A stretch of 41,737 bases of DNA from Nemertoderma westbladi (Eukaryota; Animalia; Xenacoelomorpha), in NCBI GenBank assembly GCA_032718475.1, contig JAUCBJ010001101.1, positions 1-41,737 of the forward strand. Direction: 5' to 3'. Both the position numbers and the translations under genes were made by a program. Each line of letters begins with the position of its first letter. The first letter of the stretch is position 1. The notes under the pieces are model-generated. The model was not told the origin of the DNA, searched no databases, and saw only the letters and a program-made list of their open reading frames with translations. This document shows positions 34,383 to 41,737 of the stretch, piece after piece.

Positions 34383-37300
34383 TGTTCTTATAGTTCCGCC
34401 CGAGGCTACATTTTGTTCTCATCGTTCCGCCCATGGCTACATTTTGTTCTCATAGTTCCGCCCGTGGCTACATTTTGTTATCGTAGTTCCGCCTGTGGCT
34501 ACGTTTTCTTCTTATAGTTCCGCCAGTGGCTACATTTTGTTCTTATAGTTCCGCCCGTGGCTACATTTTGTTCTTATAGTTCCGCCCGTGGCTACATTTT
34601 GTTCTCATCGTTCCGCCCATGGCTACATTTTGTTCTCATAGTTCCGCCCGTGGCTACATTTTGTTATCGTAGTTCCGCCCGTGGCTACGTTTTCTTCTTA
34701 TAGTTCCGCCCATGGCTAAATTTTGTTCATATAGTTCCGCCAGTGGCTACATTTTGTTCATATAGTTCCGCCAGTGGCTACATTTTGTTCTTATAGTTCC
34801 GCCCGTGGCTACATTTTGTTCTTATAGTTCCGCCCGTGGCTACATTTTGTTCATATAGTTCCGCCCGTGGCTACATTTTGTTCATATAGTTCCGCCCGTG
34901 GCTACATTTTGTTCATATAGCTCTGCCCGTGACTACATTTTGTTCTTATAGTTCCGCCCGTGGCTACATTTTGTTATCGTAGTTCCGCCCGTGGCTATGT
35001 TTCTTCTTATAGTTCCGCCCGTGGCTACATTTTGTTTTTCTAGCTCCGCCCGTGGCTACATTTTGTTCATATAGTTCCGCCCGTGGCTACATTTTGTTCT
35101 TCTAGTTCCGCCAGTGGCTACATTTTGTTCATATAGTTCCGCCCGTGGCTACATTTTGTTCATATAGTTCCGCCCGTGGCTACATTTTGTTCTTGTAGTT
35201 CCGCCCATGGCTACATTTTGTTCATATAGTTCTGCCCGTGTCTACATGTTGTTCATATAGTTCCCCCCGTGGCTACATTTTGTTCTTGTAGTTCCGCCCA
35301 TGGCTACATTTTGTTCATATAGTTCCGCCCGTGGCTAAATTTTGTTCTTCTAGTTCCGCCCGTGGCTACATTTTGTTCTTATAGGTCCGCCCGTGGCTAC
35401 ATTTTATTTATATAGTTCCGCCCGTGTCTACATTTTGTTATAGTTCCTCCCGTGGCTACATGTTGTTCATATAGCTCTGCCCGTGACTACATGTTGTTCA
35501 TATAGTTTCGCCCGTGGCTACATTTTGTTCATATAGTTCCTCCCGTGGCTACATTTTGTTCATATAGTTCCGCCCGTGTCTACATTTTGTTCATATAGTT
35601 CCGCCCGTGGCTACATTTTGTTCATATAGTTCCGCCCGTGTCTACATTTTGTTCTTATAGTTCCGCCCATGGCTAGATTTTGTTCTTATAGTTCCGCCCA
35701 TGGCTACATTTTGTTCATATAGTTCCGCCCGCGGCTACATGTTGTTCATATAGTTCCGCCCGTGGCTACATTTTGTTCATATAGTTCCGCCCGTGGCTAC
35801 ATTTTGTTCATATAGTTCCGCCCGTGGCTACATTTTGTTCATATAGTTCCTCCCGTGGCTACATTTTGTTCATATAGTTCCGCCCATGGCTACATGTTGT
35901 TCATATAGTTCCGCCCGTGGCTACATTTTGTTCATATAGTTCCGCCCGTGGCTACATTTTGTTCATATAGTTCCGCCCGTGTCTACATTTTGTTCTTATA
36001 GTTCCGCCCATGGCTAGATTTTGTTCTTATAGTTCCGCCCATGGCTACATTTTGTTCATATAGTTCCACCCGCGGCTACATGTTGTTCATATAGTTCCGC
36101 CCGTGGCTACATTTTGTTCATATAGTTCCGCCCGTGGCTACATTTTGTTCATATAGTACCGCCCGTGGCTACATTTTGTTCATATAGTTCCTCCCGTGGC
36201 TACATGTTGTTCATATAGTTCCGCCCGCGGCTACATTTTGTTCATATAGTTCCGCCCGTGGCTACATTTTGTTCATATAGTTCCTCCCGTGGCTACATGT
36301 TGTTCATATAGTTCCGCCCGTGGCTACATTTTGTTCATATAGTTCCGCCCGTGGCTACATTTTGTTCATATAGTTCCGCCCGTGGCTACATTTTGTTCAT
36401 ATAGTTCCTCCCGTGGATACATTTTGTTCATATAGTTCCGCCCGCGGCTACATGTTGTTCATATAGTTCCGCCCGTGGCTACATTTTGTTTATATAGTTC
36501 CGCCCGTGTCTACATTTTGTTCTTATAGTTCCGCCCGTGGCTACATTTTGTTCATATAGTACCGCCCGTGGCTACATTTTGTTCATATAGTTCCGCCCGT
36601 GTCTACATTTTGTTCTTCTAGTTCCGTCCGTGGCTACATTTTGTTCTTATAGGTCCGCCCGTGGCTAAATTTTGTTCTTCTAGTTCCGCCCGTGGCTACA
36701 TTTTGTTCTTATAGGTCCGCCCGTGGCTACATTTTATTTATATAGTTCCGCCCGTGTCTACATTTTGTTATAGTTCCTCCCGTGGCTACATGTTGTTCAT
36801 ATAGCTCTGCCCGTGACTACATGTTGTTCATATAGTTTCGCCCGTGGCTACATTTTGTTCATATAGTTCCTCCCGTGGCTACATTTTGTTCATATAGTTC
36901 CGCCCGTGTCTACATTTTGTTCATATAGTTCCGCCCGTGGCTACATTTTGTTCATATAGTTCCGCCCGTGTCTACATTTTGTTCTTATAGTTCCGCCCAT
37001 GGCTAGATTTTGTTCTTATAGTTCCGCCCATGGCTACATTTTGTTCATATAGTTCCGCCCGCGGCTACATGTTGTTCATATAGTTCCGCCCGTGGCTACA
37101 TTTTGTTCATATAGTTCCGCCCGTGGCTACATTTTGTTCATATAGTTCCGCCCGTGGCTACATTTTGTTCATATAGTTCCTCCCGTGGCTACATTTTGTT
37201 CATATAGTTCCGCCCATGGCTACATGTTGTTCATATAGTTCCGCCCGTGGCTACATTTTGTTCATATAGTTCCGCCCGTGGCTACATTTTGTTCATATAG

Positions 37301-38572
37301 TTCCGCCCATGTCTACATTTTGTTCTTATAGTTCCGCCCATGGCTAGATTTTGTTCTTATAGTTCCGCCCATGGCTACATTTTGTTCATATAGTTCCACC
37401 CGCGGCTACATGTTGTTCATATAGTTCCGCCCGTGGCTACATTTTGTTCATATAGTTCCGCCCGTGGCTACATTTTGTTCATATAGTTCCGCCCGTGGCT
37501 ACATTTTGTTCATATAGTTCCTCCCGTGGCTACATGTTGTTCATATAGTTCCGCCCGCGGCTACATTTTGTTCATATAGTTCCGCCCGTGGCTACATTTT
37601 GTTCATATAGTTCCTCCCGTGGCTACATGTTGTTCATATAGTTCCGCCCGTGGCTACATTTTGTTCATATAGTTCCGCCCGTGGCTACATTTTGTTCATA
37701 TAGTTCCGCCCGTGGCTACATTTTGTTCATATAGTTCCTCCCGTGGCTACATTTTGTTCATATAGTTCCGCCCGCGGCTACATGTTGTTCATATAGTTCC
37801 GCCCGTGGCTACATTTTGTTTATATAGTTCCGCCCGTGTCTACATTTTGTTCTTATAGTTCCGCCCGTGGCTACATTTTGCTCATATAGTACCGCCCGTG
37901 GCTACATTTTGTTCATATAGTTCCGCCCGTGTCTACATTTTGTTCTTCTAGTTCCGTCCGTGGCTACATTTTGTTCTTATAGGTCCGCCCGTAGCTACAT
38001 TTTGTTCATATAGTTCCGCCCGTGGCTACATTTTGTTCTTCTAGTTCCGCCCGTGGCTACATTTTGTTCATATAGTTCCGCCCATGGCTACATTTTGTTC
38101 ATATAGCTCTGCCCGTGACTACATGTTGTTCATATAGTTTCGCCCGTGGCTACATTTTGTTCATATAGTTCCGCCCGTGGCTACATTTTGTTCATATAGT
38201 TCCGCCCGTGGCTACATTTTGTTCATATAGTTCCGCCCGTGTCTACATTTTGTTATAGTTCCTCCCGTGGCTACATGATGTTTATATAGTTCCGCCAGTA
38301 GCTACATTTTGTTCTTATAGTTCCGCCAGTAGGTACATTTTGTTCATATAGTTCCGCCCGTGGCTACATTTTGTTCATATAGTTCCGCCCGTGGCTACAT
38401 TTTGTTCATATAGTTCCGCCCGTGGCTACATTTTGTTCATATAGTTCCGCCCGTGGCTACATTTTGTTCATATAGTTCCTCCCGTGGCTACATTTTGTTC
38501 ATATAGTTCAGCCCGCGGCTACACTTTGTTCATATAGTTCCGCCCGTGTCTACATTTTGTTATAGTTCCTCC
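34383..38572. repeat. 31-bp satellite (~135 copies): tagttccgcccgtggctacattttgttcata
   Basis: Direct periodicity; interrupted mid-unit by an LTR at 38573. Confidence 0.98.
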
Positions 38573-39771
38573 TGTTCGCGCTTTTGAAGACCTTTAGCAG
38601 TTTAACCTGCCAAAATTTATATGTCTTTTAGTTAATTAAAACACCTTTAGCATACGACAATATTTTATGCTAATACACAAAACATTAGCCGAAGTCAGCC
38701 CATGCGCGATCATTCACCCGATGGATCTACACCCGGGAGGCTGAATTCGGCTGCTTAAATTGTATTATTGCAGTGTAAGGTTGCAGTGTATACTTACTGT
38801 ATTATTCGATAGATCGTTAATAATTAATCTCTGACAGATATTATTGGCTTTCGGGAAATATTAACAGTTCCTTTAGGACGTGGCGCTTTATCTATTTAAA
38901 CAGAACTAAGACTTATACTAAAACGCAACGATACCGCTTATGATTAAAGTATAAAGCGTATTCTTTAGGAAATACTTTGTTACCAATCACAATCATACAC
39001 ACTATTCTGCCGACCGTCAGTATATTTGATCACACATAAAGAGAGCAGTAATTGACTCATGTAGTGTCTGCTAAATAACATTAGATTCAATACACACCAC
39101 ATTGATATAAATCGCAATTGTTATGTATAGCCGGTCTCTCTAACCTGTAGTGTATCAAGAAAATTGGGAAATTTGGGTGATTTATCCGTATTATCCAAAG
39201 AGCAATATTTCCATCAACAAATAGGTACAATTAATAACTGACAGTAAATAACAGTACAAACAATATGATTAATAGTAGTTAAGATTGATTAGTTAAGTAT
39301 GAGTAGGTTTGTTAGGTAACAGTTTATACTTTCGATAATTTAAGCAGTTTTACTAGAGTTCTTCCCAAAAAGCCGGTGTTATGGCGAAAATGGGAACACA
39401 ACAACAGAATCATATAAAATCATATGACTACTACCACTATACGAGTATACCAAAAACTCTTATTCCACGAAGCCCCGTTCAACACAGAGGATGAGCATAG
39501 AGATAGGAAATTCAGTTCAGTAGCGCTGGGATAGGTCGAAATCAACGCCTACGCAAATTCTATTGGCCGACACGAACAGCAAGGCTAAGGCAACCTCTCT
39601 AAGCTAGTTGGCCGATTAAACTGAGCCCAGATATCTCCGTACAGCACATCAGCCAATAAGCTGGTAGCTTGCACTATTTTAGTTATAAATCCCTTTGAGA
39701 GTATTCTAGCGACTGGGGGGGAACTGGCCAGCAAAGGCAAACGTATCAGTTATCCCACAAAAGCTTTTACA
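38573..39771 (-). repeat. 3' LTR of element 2 (1199 bp)
   Basis: Same termini as 3612-4801. It is preceded on the minus strand by purine-rich GGGAGCGG (PPT position, 39772-39779). Left flank cctcc is satellite sequence (candidate 5-bp TSD). Confidence 0.88.
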
Positions 39772-39849
39772 CCGCTCCCAGAAAATGGGATTTAAGTCTA
39801 TAAAATATACAAAATCACAGTTTCTAAAATATAAAAATACTCTAAACAG

Positions 39850-40350
39850 TTAGTCTTTCTTGCGCGGACGGCGTTTACGCAGTTTTTTAAAGCTAGCAAG
39901 AGTCCTTTTCTCTTTGGGGCGAGCCACTTTACGAGGAGGGCTATAACTCCTGGGTGAAGGGTGCAATATGATTGCATCAGAAGGTATGGGATTGCGATCG
40001 GTATATCCGCCGGTCGAAGTACCGGGTTGATTGACCTCAACGTCCGGGGAGAGGGGTCTAACGGCTTTGAGAGCTCGTTTCAAGACAGCCGCTCTTACGG
40101 GTCCTGTACGAGTGGTCTGCACGAGGGCCGTGGGTGGACCATAGGTAGTTAGAAACTTCCTTGGTTTAATGGTTCTTTCCAACTCGCGTTCGCGGGCTCG
40201 ATACTCGTAAGGCCGTCGATATACTTCCTGTAACTCGGGGTGTGAGTTGACAAATAAGTCTCCATAGGCAGGGTCTTGACGGATAAAGTTTATTAAGTTG
40301 TAATGTAAGTTACAGCGAAACGACGGGATAGCAACTGCATAAGCTGCCAA
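39850..40350 (-). CDS. Uncharacterised basic ORF or ORF fragment between integrase and PPT
   Basis: 166 open codons with coding-like GC content, ending ...KKLRKRRPRKKD about 80 nt before the LTR. The true start is unclear and it overlaps the integrase end in another frame. Confidence 0.45.
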   Translation of the reverse strand: MAAYAVAIPSFRCNLHYNLINFIRQDPAYGDLFVNSHPELQEVYRRPYEYRARERELERTIKPRKFLTTYGPPTALVQTTRTGPVRAAVLKRALKAVRPLSPDVEVNQPGTSTGGYTDRNPIPSDAIILHPSPRSYSPPRKVARPKEKRTLASFKKLRKRRPRKKD

Positions 40351-41195
40351 GTTCGACGACAGTATTCATCTCCATCGGCAATCTCGGATTGTGGGAGCAT
40401 GGCTACAGGTTTCTTAAGTAGGAAGTGCGCGGGTGTTAGCGCTTCCAGGGAGTCGATACTCGATGAGACTGGCATAAGCGGTCTCTCGTTAAGATAGGCA
40501 GCGATTTCTTCCATTAACGTCCGTAGAAGTTCGTCGGTGAGATATGCGCGGCACGGCACTATAAAGTGAAATGCGGTCTTGACACTTCGAATTAATCTCT
40601 CCCAACTTCCTCCCCACCAAGGGGCGTCGGCGGCGTTAAAGGTCCAGCTAGACGCCGTTATCCGTAGCTGGTCATCCACCTGTCTTTGATTCCAGTCCTT
40701 TACGTAAGCCTGGATTTCGTTGTTGGCACCAATGAAGTTCGTTCCCTTATCGGATCTCATCGTATTGCTAGTGCCGAAACGAGCGATCTGTCGTCGTAGA
40801 CATAAGACGAAGCTGTTAGTAGATAGATCGTTCACCATATCGAGATGGATAGCTCTACAAGTCATGCAGACAAAGATTACACACCATCTCTTGATTATAG
40901 TTCTAGCACGATATACTTCAATAGGGCCAAATAAATCCACACCAGTATTAGTAAAGGGTGGTTCATAAAAGCTTACTCGTTCCCTAGGTAATTCTGCCTC
41001 TCGCTGTGTTAAAGGCCTACTGAATACTTTCCTACAAGGTATGCAGTTCCTAAGAACTTGATTCAGAGCTCTACGTGGTTTATGAAAATAATAGCGGGTT
41101 CGAATCTCGCTAAGAACTCGTTCTCTCACTTGCGTCCTTCTGGGCTCCTCTGATAACTCCGAGGCGCACCCATGAGGCGGACGCTGTCCCACCAC
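40293..41195 (-). CDS. BEL/Pao-type DDE integrase (truncated at both ends)
   Basis: CIPCRK, LPRERV..PFTNTGVDLFGP (D), CMTCRAIHLD, RSDKGTNFIGA (D), APWWGGSWERLIRSVK (E), LNERPL, LTPAHFL. The His pair of the HHCC finger and the usual C-terminal domain are absent. Confidence 0.9.
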   Translation of the reverse strand: MVGQRPPHGCASELSEEPRRTQVRERVLSEIRTRYYFHKPRRALNQVLRNCIPCRKVFSRPLTQREAELPRERVSFYEPPFTNTGVDLFGPIEVYRARTIIKRWCVIFVCMTCRAIHLDMVNDLSTNSFVLCLRRQIARFGTSNTMRSDKGTNFIGANNEIQAYVKDWNQRQVDDQLRITASSWTFNAADAPWWGGSWERLIRSVKTAFHFIVPCRAYLTDELLRTLMEEIAAYLNERPLMPVSSSIDSLEALTPAHFLLKKPVAMLPQSEIADGDEYCRRTWQLMQLLSRRFAVTYITT

Positions 41196-41737
41196 CCCTG
41201 GGGCCAGTCCGACTCCGTTTTTATCAGACTGGGCCGGAGGGTAGCCCGATGCTTCCCGGGTTCACTTTTCAATCCCCCGATCACACCGGCACAGCTCGTC
41301 GTGTAGCCGACTAGGCTTACGTTGAATCGCCTACCTTTGACTTACTGTGGCCTGACTGTACATTGAGCCAACTCAGAGAGTCAACCGGCGGGTGGACCAG
41401 TCGATAGCGATCGAGCATCAAGGTCGCCCTTGAGCCAAACCGACGGTCTTGTCCCAAGTGGGCTTGCGCTACCCAACATGGAATATTGACCGTTTTCACC
41501 CGCCTCGCCGGCAGTATTTGAAAACGCAATACTGTCTGTAGCTAAAAAGCTACTGAACAAGTCACCACTTACCAGTCACTGTACACGTGTACTCAACAGA
41601 TGTTCGATAATCAAGTACTCAAAAGGTAAACACAAATCGGACACATACCATGCACACACAGAAGACATAATCGGGAAAGACAAAATCGGTGACAAAATCA
41701 GAGGGGACAAAATTGTATCGACTAATAAAGAGTCGAG

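Larger units (their letters stand above)
38573..41737 (-). mobile_element. BEL/Pao LTR retrotransposon 2, apparently internally deleted; 5' end is beyond the window
   Basis: Integrase core, extra ORF, PPT and 3' LTR are in the correct order. No RT or RNase H lies upstream of the integrase within the window. Confidence 0.8.

Noticed and set aside
29341-38572. CRISPR-like arrays (31-35-bp partly palindromic repeats)
   Set aside because: Units are head-to-tail with no unique spacers, there are no cas genes, and the context is eukaryotic.
3612-39771. One giant LTR element that captured PHF12 and BROX between two direct LTRs
   Set aside because: The LTRs are clearly diverged (U3 unalignable) and face outward. 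The PBS position and ORF lie left of the left LTR, and the PPT and integrase lie right of the right LTR. They are two separate insertions.

Overview
AT-rich eukaryotic (invertebrate animal-like) DNA. It holds two intact single-exon host genes on the + strand: a PHF12/Pf1 homologue (15394-18936; PHD, MRG-binding, PHD, FHA) and BROX (25721-27007; Bro1 domain with CaaX end). There is also a possible internal exon built from a 30-bp Ser/Ala-rich SPK(G/R) repeat (5937-7319). Both window ends carry minus-strand LTR retrotransposons with homologous but diverged ~1.2-kb LTRs. At left are a 5' LTR (3612-4801), a ~2.2-kb leader and a Gag-position ORF running off the window. At right are a BEL/Pao-type integrase remnant, an extra basic ORF, a PPT and a 3' LTR (38573-39771) inserted into a satellite. 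The rest is three large satellites (30, 34/35 and 31 bp units), several non-autonomous TIR or Helentron-like elements and a decayed CR1-like LINE. The most notable signal is at the left LTR: there is no TGG-type tRNA primer-binding site. Instead, the 11 nt next to the LTR are perfectly complementary to 11 nt inside the LTR, as in Tf1-like self-priming. The ~730 nt between them show stems with compensatory changes between the two LTR families, suggesting a conserved structured RNA.
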